Shown in pieces: positions 21,530 through 32,073 of a stretch of 64,000 bases of DNA. The notes under the pieces were generated by a model. The model had not been told where the DNA came from. It did not search any database and saw nothing but the letters and a program-made list of their open reading frames with translations. This DNA comes from Candidatus Obscuribacterales bacterium (lineage in GTDB: Bacteria; Cyanobacteriota; Vampirovibrionia; Obscuribacterales; Obscuribacteraceae), in assembly GCA_965228855.1 (NCBI GenBank), contig CBDDIJ010000002.1:448001-512000 (forward strand), written 5' to 3'. The first letter of the stretch is position 1. Each line of letters starts with the position of its first letter. The position numbers and the translations under genes were made by a program.

Positions 21530-22516
21530 ATGTCGAACATCTTTTCGCGCCTCGGGCTCGGCGCAGACTCAGAGTCCCCGGCTTTGCTCGATGAGGACGT
21601 CGACGCCCGTATCGACGATATCCTCAGGCAATCGGGCGAAGGCTTCGTGGCAATCGGCTTCCGGTCTCGGTCGTTCCGCACCGGTTCTCGACGCACGATC
21701 TTCACGGGACCGTCCGGCGACTTCTACAAAACCGCAGAATACGTCCCCGGCGAGCACGAGCAGCGTCAAATCATGGGGCGTGCCACCGCTCGAACGGGAG
21801 GGCGACAGAAGGTCGTCAAAATTTGCCGCCCGGACGCGCAAACGACGGTCTACATGCTCGCCGACGTCAACCGCACGCTCGACTTCGGTCACAGCCGGGA
21901 GAGCAAGCTGCAACTGATGGCACGCTGCGCCGCCACCGTCTGTCTCTCCTTGCAGGAGACGCAGGATCTGGTGAAGGCGGCTCTCTATGCCAACGAAAGC
22001 GTGGCTTACAGCATGCCGCGCGCCAAGATTCCGAATCTGGCCGTCCGCCACATCATCCGCGAGATCATCGACCCGGTGCACTCGACCGGCAAGCTGGATT
22101 CCGGTCTCGAAGAGGCGCTTCGCATCGTGCCGGCCTCCGGTCAGCGTGAGGTCGTCATCCTGTCCGACTTCCTCAACACGACCGAACAGCAGTACCAGGC
22201 GCTCGCCGACCTCGCCCGCCTCAACAACGTGCGCGCAGTCGTCATCCAGGACATCCGAGAGCGCGAGCTTCCCGATAAGGGCGGCTTCATCCCGCGCCCG
22301 CTCAAAGTGTTCGACATGACGACCGGCAAACAAGTCACCTGGTGGCTCACCGAGTCGAACCGGCGCAAGTACACAGCCGAGTTCGAAGCGCATGAGGAAG
22401 CGCTCAAAGCATTTTTCGAAGAGAACCTCATCCGGTACGAAATCGTCCGGACCGACGATGAGGACTCGGTTCCCAAAGTCATCGGGTTGCTCAGCAGCCC
22501 TCCCCTTCTTAGCTAA
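21530..22516 (+). CDS. DUF58-family protein (MoxR-associated)
   Basis: EYVPGE, ATARTG, ILSDF, D.RERELP; position after moxR. Confidence 0.85.
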   Translation: MSNIFSRLGLGADSESPALLDEDVDARIDDILRQSGEGFVAIGFRSRSFRTGSRRTIFTGPSGDFYKTAEYVPGEHEQRQIMGRATARTGGRQKVVKICRPDAQTTVYMLADVNRTLDFGHSRESKLQLMARCAATVCLSLQETQDLVKAALYANESVAYSMPRAKIPNLAVRHIIREIIDPVHSTGKLDSGLEEALRIVPASGQREVVILSDFLNTTEQQYQALADLARLNNVRAVVIQDIRERELPDKGGFIPRPLKVFDMTTGKQVTWWLTESNRRKYTAEFEAHEEALKAFFEENLIRYEIVRTDDEDSVPKVIGLLSSPPLLS

Positions 22517-22526
22517 GGAGATTCGT

Positions 22527-23642
22527 ATGAAGAACAAAGCTCTTTACCTGGGCGCGCTCCTGAGCTGGCTTCTCATGCCGGTTCTCGCGCAAGCGCAGAT
22601 CACTCCGCCACCACGGGCGACGCCCGCGGAAGTGAAGCGCGGCTGGTTCGAAAACCGACGCATCATGATCGAGGTCCGCACCGACAGCGCCTTCGCCCCC
22701 ACAGGCGAAGGACTGCGCCCCGGAGCGCCCTCGACGTTTCCATTCGGCGAGCACTTCGGCATCCGCATCGGCAACGTCGTTCCGATGCGCGTCAACGTCT
22801 ATGTCCTCAAACCGCAGCAGGGCGAACGCAAGATCGACATCGACTTCAATCCCCTGAAGGCTGGCCGCCTGTCTATCGACCCGAATCCGGATCCGGACTT
22901 CCGCCTCGTGTCGCCCCAACTGCTTCCGAAAGGCGAGACGCCGGTTTCCATGGCAGCCGCCAAAGAAGTGAAACTTCAACTCGGCGACAACGAATACGAC
23001 GCCGAGCTGTATGAAATCCGGCTCTACGTGCAGACTATGCGCCAGCCCCAGCCGATGCGCTTCGCCATCGAGTTCGCCTACGCGGCAAGCGAAGTCAACG
23101 GCGCTCCGGACTGGAAGCGCATCTGGACGCCGGACTTCATCCTCTCGATGTCGAAGACCGCCGACGACGGTTCAGACCTCTCCGCCGGCAACACTAACTA
23201 CGAGGCTCAGCACCCGCCGTTCACCGCCGGGCTGTTCTTCGTAATCCTGGGCACGATCTGGGTGATTACGCCAATCAGCTACATCGCCATTCGGGCGATT
23301 CGACGCAAACTCATGAAGGAGCGGCTACTCGACCCAGAGGAGCTTGCCTGGCTGAAGCTGGAACCAATCTTCGCATCCGCCCGGGTCGAAAACGGTTATC
23401 GCTTCAGTGAGTCGCAGGTTCGCGGTGTGGTGGGCACGGTTTTGCAGTACGTCGGAAAGCCGACACTCACCTCCCGACAGCTCGACTCGCTCGTTTACGA
23501 AGACGACGACGGCGAGTTGCTCATTGCGATTTTGCGACCGCTCCTCGAAGGTGTCATGGAAGGCAAGCTCAAAGAGCCGCTTAGCGCCGAAACCGGCGCG
23601 CGCATCGTCGAACGCATCGGTCAATTGATTCCGCGAGCATAA
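22527..23642 (+). CDS. exported/membrane-anchored protein (BatD-like position)
   Basis: Signal peptide plus one TM; HFG.RIG..(V/I)P and KR..TPDF shared with 40250..41389. Confidence 0.75.
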   Translation: MKNKALYLGALLSWLLMPVLAQAQITPPPRATPAEVKRGWFENRRIMIEVRTDSAFAPTGEGLRPGAPSTFPFGEHFGIRIGNVVPMRVNVYVLKPQQGERKIDIDFNPLKAGRLSIDPNPDPDFRLVSPQLLPKGETPVSMAAAKEVKLQLGDNEYDAELYEIRLYVQTMRQPQPMRFAIEFAYAASEVNGAPDWKRIWTPDFILSMSKTADDGSDLSAGNTNYEAQHPPFTAGLFFVILGTIWVITPISYIAIRAIRRKLMKERLLDPEELAWLKLEPIFASARVENGYRFSESQVRGVVGTVLQYVGKPTLTSRQLDSLVYEDDDGELLIAILRPLLEGVMEGKLKEPLSAETGARIVERIGQLIPRA

Positions 23643-23795
23643 ATGTTTTTCCCAGCAGGCGAATCATGGAAGCGGCGCTTGTTGCGCCGCTTTCCATGCC
23701 TGCTTATTGGATAGATCCTGATCATAGTGAGGAGCAATTGCCGCGGCTTTGCAGCGCGGTCCCTTTGCGTCTCACGATTTCCAAAGGAATTTCTG

Positions 23796-25436
23796 ATGAA
23801 ACCTTCCAAGATTCTCGGTGGTGGTATCACCGGAGCAATCGCGCTCCTCGTGACGCTCGCCGGGTCGAGCTTCGCGCAGACGCCGACGCCGGCCGCGCCG
23901 TCCATGCACGAGCTGCTTCAGGGAATGAAGTTCCCTCTGGCCGTGCCGGTTCCGGAGAAGCCGGATCCACTTCGATTGTATAAAGAGGCGATTGATACGA
24001 TTGCAAAACAACACATCGCGCTGGCCGGCTACGCCGAGCCGGAAGCGACCCAGGTCGAGACCATGGTCAACGGTTGGTTGGGCCGACCGTCCCGGGCTCG
24101 CAAGACTAAGATGGACGCTTTTCTCGAGAAGTGGGGAACGCCGCCTCGCGAGCTGAAGACACTCGACGACGCCGATACGGCTATTCAAGAGGCGCTCAAA
24201 GACCTCGATTTCCGCTTCGACTCCTACCTCGTCCCCAAGGACGTGAAGCTCGAAGACAAGCGAATCGACAACACCAACATCGGTATCGGCGTCATCTTGA
24301 AGCTCGAGGGCATGCAGGAGCTGCTCAAGAGTCTTCCCCAGGATGCCACCGAAGAACAAGTCGACAAGGTGCTCGTCATCTCCGAGAAGAACTTCCTCTC
24401 CGCCAAGCCGGTCCGTAACAGTCCGGCGGAGAAGGGCGGGATGCTCGATGGCGACGTCATCAAAGAAGTCGCCGGCAAAGCCATTCTCGGGATGCAGTAC
24501 ACCGAGGTGATGAAGCTCATTCGGGGCAAGCAGGGCACCAAAGTCGATATCACTGTCGAGCGGGTGGAGAGCGGCAGTAAAATCACCAAGAAGCTCACCA
24601 TCACTCGTGATGAGTACGAGGTTCCGGTAGTGACGTTGAAGCATGTCGGCAACGACGTCTGGCATCTGCATCTGGAAACCTTCGCTGCCCGCAACGCCGC
24701 CAAGGATGTGAAAGAAGCGCTGGACGAGGTCGTGAAGAAAGGCGGCAAAGCCCTGATCTTCGACCTGCGCGACAATGGCGGCGGCTTGGTCGACCAGGCA
24801 ATCGATATCGCCACGTACATGCTGCCGGAAGGCACCATCGTCACGCAGCAGCAAAGGCTGTTCGGCGGTCCCGGTGTGGTCGAGACCCAGAGTCACGTCA
24901 CCAAGCACGTCATGCTCGAGACTCGCCCGCAACCCAACGGGCAGTTGCCGGTAATCAAACCGCGCACGCTGGCAGTGCCAGCTGACATGCCCATCGTCGT
25001 GCTTGTAAACGGACACAGCGCCTCCGCATCGGAACTCGTGTCCGGTGCGCTCAAGTTCAACAAGCGTGCGAAGCTCGTCGGTACGCGCACCTTCGGCAAA
25101 GGCGTCGGTCAGGCGCTTCTAGATCTGCCCTATGGTCGGCGACTGCACGTCACTTCGTTCTACTTCTTGCCTGACGACCAGTTTACCGACTGGGTCGGTA
25201 TCGAGGTAGACGTGGAGTCGAAGCTGGCCGACGATGCGAAGAAGGACACCCAGCTCGAAGACGCCGTCAAGGTCGTCACCGAGATGTACGAAAATGGCGT
25301 GCAGGAGCGAGCCGCCAACGCCAAACGCGAAGAGGAGATTCGCAAGCTCAATCGTGAGCTGTGGCAGAAACGCCTGGAGCGCCAGAAGGAGATGGAGGAA
25401 GCGCTCAAGAAGAAAGAAGCGAAGCCCTCGAAGTAA
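23796..25436 (+). CDS. S41A C-terminal processing peptidase with PDZ domain
   Basis: GIGV, SPAEKGG, DLRDNGGG, SASASE, TFGKG. Confidence 0.93.
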   Translation: MKPSKILGGGITGAIALLVTLAGSSFAQTPTPAAPSMHELLQGMKFPLAVPVPEKPDPLRLYKEAIDTIAKQHIALAGYAEPEATQVETMVNGWLGRPSRARKTKMDAFLEKWGTPPRELKTLDDADTAIQEALKDLDFRFDSYLVPKDVKLEDKRIDNTNIGIGVILKLEGMQELLKSLPQDATEEQVDKVLVISEKNFLSAKPVRNSPAEKGGMLDGDVIKEVAGKAILGMQYTEVMKLIRGKQGTKVDITVERVESGSKITKKLTITRDEYEVPVVTLKHVGNDVWHLHLETFAARNAAKDVKEALDEVVKKGGKALIFDLRDNGGGLVDQAIDIATYMLPEGTIVTQQQRLFGGPGVVETQSHVTKHVMLETRPQPNGQLPVIKPRTLAVPADMPIVVLVNGHSASASELVSGALKFNKRAKLVGTRTFGKGVGQALLDLPYGRRLHVTSFYFLPDDQFTDWVGIEVDVESKLADDAKKDTQLEDAVKVVTEMYENGVQERAANAKREEEIRKLNRELWQKRLERQKEMEEALKKKEAKPSK

Positions 25437-25521
25437 CTCCGGGACTTCGCGCGCGTTGATTTCTCACTGACACGGGGAGCCGCATTCTATGCGGTTCCCC
25501 CTTCTCATAAAGGAAACACCT

Positions 25522-27057
25522 ATGTCGAAACGACACACGTTTGCGCGCGCTACCAGGCGCGCCCGGGCTTACAACGCCACGCTGGCGTTGCGCGCCATTG
25601 GGCTCGGTCTCGTCGTGACGCCGATTATCGTATTGGCACTCTTCTGGGCCGGACGACCTTCACCTGTCGCACCGCCTCCACGTGTCGGGGTGGCACTCGT
25701 CTCGGAATTCGCCCCCAGCGCCACTGCCCAGGATCTGTCGAAGGTCTTCAAAGACGTCGCGCTGTCTACCGAGACGCGCTTCATCGAGCGCGACAAGGTC
25801 GTGCCCACGCTCGCGAGAATGCGCAAGGAGTACAAGGACGGTGCTCTGCAAAGCAAGCAGCAACTCGACCAGGCGCTCGTGGACTACCTCTCCACTCTCA
25901 ACGACCGCTACGCCACGGTCATGTCGACCCAGGAATACATCGACCTTATGGTCGGTATGTCCGGGCAGCAGGTCGGCGTGGAGCTCAACTTCACCCAGGA
26001 TTCGGCGACCGGCAACTGGGTTGTTCAGCAGATGGCGAAGGACGGACCTGCGGCCCAAGCCGGAATTCAGGTGGGCGACCTGCTGGTCTCCATCGAGGGC
26101 TACCATGTCGAGGAACTGAAGAAGATCGGAAACGTCGGGGAGCTCTCGCAGTTTCTGCTCTCGCAAGCGGGCGTTCTGGGCAGCAAAGCCAAGATTACGC
26201 TGCGGCGGGGAGGCGATGTTTTCGACTTCGAAGTCGAGCGCACTATCATCAAAACCCTCCCTGCCATCGCGGTCCGCGACATGGACGGCGGCTTCGACGA
26301 GGAGGCAGCGATGATGGGCTTTCCGAGCGGAATCTCATCGGACGGACAGTACATCAAGGTCAGCCACATGGATGGTGACAACTTCTTGAGAGAACTGGAA
26401 GGTATTGTCAACAAGCTGGTCGAAGACGGCGTTCCCGGTGTTGTACTCGACCTGGCCGATGTGACAGGTGGCAACGGAGACGTCGCCATCCAGGCAGCGG
26501 CGCTGTTTATCGACTCCGGCGTGATCGCTCACTGCATCAAAAACGTTGAGGGTGATGCCATCGAGATGAGCACCTACAGCGTTCGCGACCACAAAGTGTA
26601 CCGGAGCGTGCGCGGTCCATTCCGCAAAGCACCTGACGGCAAGCTCGTTGCGGACGAAAGCGTCAAGGAGTCAGAAGAGGCTTTGCCCTGGAAAGCCGGC
26701 GTGTTCAAGGGCGAAGTGGTGGTGGGAGTCAACGGTGGCACTCAGGGAGCAGCGGAGCTTCTCGCCGGAGCCATTCAGAAGAACAAACACACCATGGTCG
26801 TCGGGACTGACGTGACCTTCGGCAAGGGCATGACGGTGACTTACTTTCCGGTTTCGCCGGATCACGTCGTGCGATTCTCGACCGCGGTCTACCTGCAGCC
26901 TGACGGAGCGTCAATCGAAAAGCGAGGCATTATGCCGAATGTCGGAGTCCAGGAATTCGAGTACAATCGGGCACTGATGCAGGTGCTCGAGCACCGTCTG
27001 CGAATCGTGCCCTACCCGACGGGACCGGTCAAGCCTGGAACCGGCAGCGACAAGTAG
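25522..27057 (+). CDS. S41-like PDZ protein, catalytic Ser apparently lost
   Basis: GPAAQAGIQVGD (PDZ) and TFGKG retained; SASASE replaced by TQGAAE. Confidence 0.85.
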   Translation: MSKRHTFARATRRARAYNATLALRAIGLGLVVTPIIVLALFWAGRPSPVAPPPRVGVALVSEFAPSATAQDLSKVFKDVALSTETRFIERDKVVPTLARMRKEYKDGALQSKQQLDQALVDYLSTLNDRYATVMSTQEYIDLMVGMSGQQVGVELNFTQDSATGNWVVQQMAKDGPAAQAGIQVGDLLVSIEGYHVEELKKIGNVGELSQFLLSQAGVLGSKAKITLRRGGDVFDFEVERTIIKTLPAIAVRDMDGGFDEEAAMMGFPSGISSDGQYIKVSHMDGDNFLRELEGIVNKLVEDGVPGVVLDLADVTGGNGDVAIQAAALFIDSGVIAHCIKNVEGDAIEMSTYSVRDHKVYRSVRGPFRKAPDGKLVADESVKESEEALPWKAGVFKGEVVVGVNGGTQGAAELLAGAIQKNKHTMVVGTDVTFGKGMTVTYFPVSPDHVVRFSTAVYLQPDGASIEKRGIMPNVGVQEFEYNRALMQVLEHRLRIVPYPTGPVKPGTGSDK

Positions 27058-27119
27058 TTTGAACGCGACACTACGGGCGGTGCCGAGGACGCAATCGCGA
27101 CCTCGGCACCTTTGCCCCT

Positions 27120-27174
27120 CTCCGCTTTGCTACTATATGATCTCATGGCACCTCGCTACTATATGATCCCATGG
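27120..27174 (+). repeat. two tandem 26-bp copies containing the CTACTATA box (locus 3)
   Basis: GCTACTATATGATC(T/C)CATGG with boxes at 27130 and 27156; follows a stem-loop at 27079-27110. Confidence 0.9.
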
Positions 27175-27243
27175 AATCAAAATGCTCAGAGCCGTGATGG
27201 TGATTGGGTTTTTAGAAACGACATGCGCCAGACACAAAGCGTT

Positions 27244-27295
27244 TGTCTACGACTCATTGACGCTTTTCCGAAAATCCGTCGCTCTCTCGTAGACA
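27244..27295. promoter_or_regulatory. 52-bp dyad element, locus 3
   Basis: TGTCTAC-GACTCAT-TGACG-CTTTTCCGAAAATC-CGTCG-CTCTCTC-GTAGACA. Confidence 0.85.
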
Positions 27296-27733
27296 GAGAA
27301 CGACACCACTCTCGGTGGCAGCAGCAATATCTGAGACGCACCGAATTCGCCCCTTCAATAATATTTCGCAGGCTTGGATCTTGAGAATATCAACGTGCTT
27401 AGCACTAGCCTCGCGAGCCTCAAGATGCTGTAAACACGTCAACATTAGAGGCTTTCTATCTTGAAGATGTAACCTCTTGATTACTTTACTGGTTTTAAGA
27501 CCCTTCTGAACATTACGTTGCTTGTACACCTCCCTCTCTTATTGCACGTATCGATCAGGACGCAAAACCTCACGCACGACAACTGTTTCTGTTCACGCTC
27601 GATTTACCGATCGCAGCGTCCAGAGCCGTTCCCTGATCGCGTGTACTTCATTGGCTCGACGCCCGGACAGCAGTTGCAAAACCGGAGGTTGGTTTTGCTG
27701 TCTGGCTCGTCGTCCTAACCGAAAGGAGCACCT

Positions 27734-28726
27734 ATGGATAAACCGCAAGCTCAACCCGGTCTCGGCTGGGTCGAACGTTTCATCGGCGGAAGCAAGCAAG
27801 CCGAAGCCGCGTTCATCGCGCAAGCCATGAACGATATTCATGTGGTCCAGCGCCGCAACCAGAAAACCGGTCAGGCCGAACGTGCTGCCCGCGCTTTCCA
27901 CGCCAAGATCCAGGCCGGCATCACCAACGCCGAGTTCGTGATCTTGCCGGATGCGCCTCGCGAGCTCGTCTCGAAATTCATCGTGCCCGGTCGCCGTTAT
28001 GCAGCCAGTCTGCGCTTCTCCAACGCGTCGGGCGTCATTCAGCCTGACACGAAGGGCGACCTGCGCGGTCTGGCTGTCGAAGTGAAAACCGAAGATGGCG
28101 TTCAACACTTCCTCGGCACCAACGGCGCCGGCTCGCACGCTCGAGACGCGCGTCAATTCATCGAGTTCGCCAAGGCGGCCTCCGGCTCGAAACTCCTGAT
28201 GTTTCCTCGTCTTCTGTGGAACGTCGGACCGTTCGAGATGGTGCGCATGCTGCGCACAGTGATCGGTCAGGTCAAACGCCCCATCGCCAGCCTGGCTACC
28301 GAGAGCTATTTCAGTCGTTCCGCATTCGCGTTCGGCGCCTACGCTCTCAAGTTCCAGTTCACTCCGCGCGAGAGCGTGGACGTGAGCACGGCCAAGTCGG
28401 ACTCGTTCCTGCGAGACGACCTGGTGGAGCGCCTTCGCCGCGGTCGCATCGTCTTCGACTTCCAGGTCCAGTACTTCTCCAACGAGAAGGAAACCCCGGT
28501 CGAGGACGGAAGCGCGATCTGGCCGACCCGGCTCATCACCATCGCCCAGCTGATCATCCCTCAGCAAGACCTGCTTTCCGAAGACGCGCTCGCGGCTCAG
28601 AAGCTGGTCGAGGAGATCGAATTCAGCCCGTGGAAGACCCCGGGCTTCATCAGGCCTCTGGGCAGCCTGAACCGCGCACGCCGCTCCGTGTATCGGGCGA
28701 GCGTCCAACTCAGGAAGGGACTCTGA
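27734..28726 (+). CDS. small catalase-like heme protein (catalase-related AOS/hydroperoxide lyase-like)
   Basis: RAFHAK (distal His), LRFSN, DLRGLAV, PLGSLNRAR..VY (proximal Tyr). Confidence 0.88.
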   Translation: MDKPQAQPGLGWVERFIGGSKQAEAAFIAQAMNDIHVVQRRNQKTGQAERAARAFHAKIQAGITNAEFVILPDAPRELVSKFIVPGRRYAASLRFSNASGVIQPDTKGDLRGLAVEVKTEDGVQHFLGTNGAGSHARDARQFIEFAKAASGSKLLMFPRLLWNVGPFEMVRMLRTVIGQVKRPIASLATESYFSRSAFAFGAYALKFQFTPRESVDVSTAKSDSFLRDDLVERLRRGRIVFDFQVQYFSNEKETPVEDGSAIWPTRLITIAQLIIPQQDLLSEDALAAQKLVEEIEFSPWKTPGFIRPLGSLNRARRSVYRASVQLRKGL

Positions 28727-28852
28727 GTCTGTAAAGACAGGGTTCAGCAACCGCACTCCGGATGCGGCAGGCCATGCCTTGCCGCGTTCGGGATGCCGCG
28801 CAGTCTGTTTAAACCTCGATCCCAAACATCCTACTACGACGAAGGATTTCTC

Positions 28853-31800
28853 ATGAGCGACAATCCGATTCAAAACGGTGCAGAAGGCACCCACGGCGGC
28901 GACTCCCGACGATGCCCCATGCATCAGGGCGCCGCACCGGACAACACCACGGGCGGTGCCGCAGGCACGCCCACCGATCAACAGAACGAGAGCCGCTGTC
29001 CGTTCACGCGCGCGAAGAACAAGCTCGGAAGCCTGGTCTGGCGTCCCGACTCCAAGCGCGTCGGCATCGGTCTGTTCGAGTACATCTTCCTCAACGCGTT
29101 CTATTACCTGATGGAAACGGCGAACCGGGCCCTCTCCCGCAACCCGTACCGCAAGGTCTCCTGGGACAAGTGGCCGGCATCGCTCGCACAGCTCTACCTG
29201 CTGGCGAAGATCTGGTACAACCGCACCAACGCGATCACCGACCCCTACGACTACGCGGCCAACGACACCGTGGAACTCGGCAAGCCGCCGGCTTCGGTGA
29301 AGGATAACATCGCGACCGACGGCACCTGGGTCTCGGACGACGAGAACCCGCAGATGGGCGCTGCCAACACCCGCTTCGGGTCGAACATTCCGCCCAAGAA
29401 AGTGCGCCCGGACGTCGAGAACATGACGCCGTCCGCTCGCGAAGCCGGCAAGCTGCGCTGGCGCCGCATCGACCCCGAGACAGGCAAGGAAATCACCGTC
29501 TACGCCATGATTCTGAACGACATGGCCGGCGGCTGGATTCAGTTCCAGTTCCACGGCTTCGGCGGCAACACCATGCGCGACCCGGTCAGCGTCTGCCCGC
29601 ACATCATGAAGCGCGAGCCGCACGACAACTGGCCGGGTGGTGAAGCGAAGATCGATCGCACTTCGGTCGATCACACTCGCATCACCGACAACGGGCGTCC
29701 GACGCCGATCAACGAACGTGTGCAAGCGTGGATTCAGGGCGAGATCTACGGGACGTCCGAAGAAGAGCTGAAGCCTCTGCGCGCCTTCAAGGGCGGGCTG
29801 ATGCTTATCGAGGACGACGGTCGCCTGCCTGCGGACCCGAAGCGTCCGGGCGTCGACCTGACGGGCTTCAACAACAACTTCAACCCGCTGCTCAGCTTCC
29901 TGCACTGGCTGTTCGTCAGCGAGCACAACGCCATCGCCGCTTACTACGCCTCCTTCCATCCGGATTGGGACGACGAGCGCCTCTTCCAGATGGCTCGCCG
30001 CACCAACATCGCGCAGATTGCTCGCATCCACACGATCCAGTGGACCGAGGACCTGCTCCAGCACCCGGCTCTGCAGATCGGCATGCACACCGACTGGTAC
30101 GGTCTGATCGGACCGCGCAAGAAGATGTGGCTGATGCGCATGTGCCACCGCTATCCCTGGGTGGAACGCCTGACTCGCCGCCTGCGAAGCAGCGACCTTC
30201 TCTTCGGAATGCCCGGCTCCAAGTGGGATCACCACGAGGGTCCGTACCAGGTTCCGAAGCACTTCCGCATGGTCTATCGTCTCCACGAGATGATTCTCGG
30301 CGAGACGGAGATTTGCGAACCGGGCACGGATCGGCTGATCGAGCGCGTCAAGCTGCTCGACTTCGTGATGCACAACACCCGGGCGCAGGTGCAGAAGTTC
30401 GGATATGAAACGCTCGCCTGGTCGTTCGTCCGCAAGTCCTGCGGCGCGCTCGTTCCGCACAACGTCGCTCGCGCGATGACGCAGTTCGAGAACCAGCAGG
30501 ACGGAACGCTCACCGACATTTGCGAGCGCGACATCTTCCGCGAGCGCACCGACGGCACCGGCACCTACAACGAATTCCGGCAGTCGGTCGGAGAGCCGCC
30601 CGTCACGAGCTTCCTGGAACTGACCGGCGGCGACGCCGAAATGGCCAGGGAGCTGTCGATCAAGTACGACGGCGACGTGGACGCAGTCGACTCGGGCATC
30701 GGCATCCTGGTCGAGCCGAAGCCCGCGGGCTTCGCGCTGGGCTTCTGCCAGTTCTATCAGTTCGTGCTCAACGCTCCTCGTCGAGTGAAGAGCAACCGTC
30801 ACCTGACCGAGCTGTTCACCTACGAGTACTACAAGGAGGGCATGAACTGGGTCGAGCACGGTGGTGGCATGCTCGGTGCCATGCATCGTCACCTGCCCAA
30901 GATGCGTCCGCTCATGGAAGGCGTCACCCGTGCGTTCGCGCCCTGGAAGGATACGGAAACCTTCCCGCATCGCCAGCTCCAGGAGTTGCACACTCACACG
31001 GCCAACGTCTTCAAGTCCGACATGGCCACCCTGGGTCTGGGCATCCTCACCGCGATCGCCGCGGTCCGGACGGGCGCGGTTCCGCTTTCAACCGCGGTAC
31101 TGCTGCTGGTGGCAATCACGCTCATCCCCACAGCGCTCACCGTGAGGCGTATGGCTGCGATGCGCTTCCTTCAGCTCTGCTGGAAGAAGTGCTATACGGA
31201 CAAGCGCCACTTCATGTTCGGCACGCTCGAACGCGCTGAGAACTCGATGAACAGCGCCGCCCGCTTCGGCTGCGCACATGCCGTGGCGGTGACTTACATC
31301 TCGCTGTTCCTGGCCTGGGTGTTCTTCGCCACACACCCACTCACATCCGTCCTGCTGCTTGCCGTCGCCGTCTCCGGACTGCGGGTGCGCAAGTGGTCGA
31401 ACGCATTTGCGCACGACGCGCAGGTGCTCAAGATCGCGCTGCGCAATCGCATGCGCGAAGAGGGTGAAACACCGGCAATCGTCGAAGAGCTGCCGGGCAA
31501 CACGCACAAGCAGAAGCGCTCACGCTTCCTGTCGGTCAGCGGAGCTTCGACATTCGACCTGTCCTCCACGCGCATCTATGCGCAGGATGGCAACGTCGAC
31601 ATGGCGGAATTCGACCTGATGTGCCGCATGTACGCGCCCGGCCGCGACTACTTCACCAGCTACGACTTCGCTCGTATGCGCGAGGGCAACAGCCATCGCG
31701 ACGCCGACGAGGGTCGTGGCAACTGGCTGTCGCGCCTGTTCGGACGCCTGTCCGCCAAGCGCACTGCCGACCAGCTCATGCTCCAATTCGGCGACCGCAT

Positions 31801-31933
31801 CGTCGAGGAGGACAAGAAACTGGTGCCCGCCATCAGCCATGAAACTCTGCTGCGCTTCTATCAGGGCGCCGCTCAGCACGATTGGCATCGCGAGCAAACC
31901 GAGGGCGACATCGACCCGACCTCGGCGCACTAA
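28853..31933 (+). CDS. heme peroxidase/fatty-acid alpha-dioxygenase-like protein with TM segment and caleosin-like C-terminus
   Basis: MGAANTRFG.N, WIQF..H, IYG, EHNAI, ARIHTIQWT, WYGL, VYRLH, YNEFR; the C-terminal domain call is a weaker by-eye match. Confidence 0.85.
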   Translation: MSDNPIQNGAEGTHGGDSRRCPMHQGAAPDNTTGGAAGTPTDQQNESRCPFTRAKNKLGSLVWRPDSKRVGIGLFEYIFLNAFYYLMETANRALSRNPYRKVSWDKWPASLAQLYLLAKIWYNRTNAITDPYDYAANDTVELGKPPASVKDNIATDGTWVSDDENPQMGAANTRFGSNIPPKKVRPDVENMTPSAREAGKLRWRRIDPETGKEITVYAMILNDMAGGWIQFQFHGFGGNTMRDPVSVCPHIMKREPHDNWPGGEAKIDRTSVDHTRITDNGRPTPINERVQAWIQGEIYGTSEEELKPLRAFKGGLMLIEDDGRLPADPKRPGVDLTGFNNNFNPLLSFLHWLFVSEHNAIAAYYASFHPDWDDERLFQMARRTNIAQIARIHTIQWTEDLLQHPALQIGMHTDWYGLIGPRKKMWLMRMCHRYPWVERLTRRLRSSDLLFGMPGSKWDHHEGPYQVPKHFRMVYRLHEMILGETEICEPGTDRLIERVKLLDFVMHNTRAQVQKFGYETLAWSFVRKSCGALVPHNVARAMTQFENQQDGTLTDICERDIFRERTDGTGTYNEFRQSVGEPPVTSFLELTGGDAEMARELSIKYDGDVDAVDSGIGILVEPKPAGFALGFCQFYQFVLNAPRRVKSNRHLTELFTYEYYKEGMNWVEHGGGMLGAMHRHLPKMRPLMEGVTRAFAPWKDTETFPHRQLQELHTHTANVFKSDMATLGLGILTAIAAVRTGAVPLSTAVLLLVAITLIPTALTVRRMAAMRFLQLCWKKCYTDKRHFMFGTLERAENSMNSAARFGCAHAVAVTYISLFLAWVFFATHPLTSVLLLAVAVSGLRVRKWSNAFAHDAQVLKIALRNRMREEGETPAIVEELPGNTHKQKRSRFLSVSGASTFDLSSTRIYAQDGNVDMAEFDLMCRMYAPGRDYFTSYDFARMREGNSHRDADEGRGNWLSRLFGRLSAKRTADQLMLQFGDRIVEEDKKLVPAISHETLLRFYQGAAQHDWHREQTEGDIDPTSAH

Positions 31934-32073
31934 ACTGCGGGGCGGAAGATCCGGATTACATCCGGGTCTTTCGTTCCCCGATCTTTTCTACTATATCAAA
32001 CAGGACTAGCAAAGTTCCAAGACAAAGCCATCAACAGCCCTTTCGGAATACCTAGCCAGCTGCCACACAATTT

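Noticed and set aside
27593..30997. 1134-aa minus-strand ORF
   Set aside because: Antisense shadow of the catalase-like and dioxygenase genes caused by GC3 bias; no motifs
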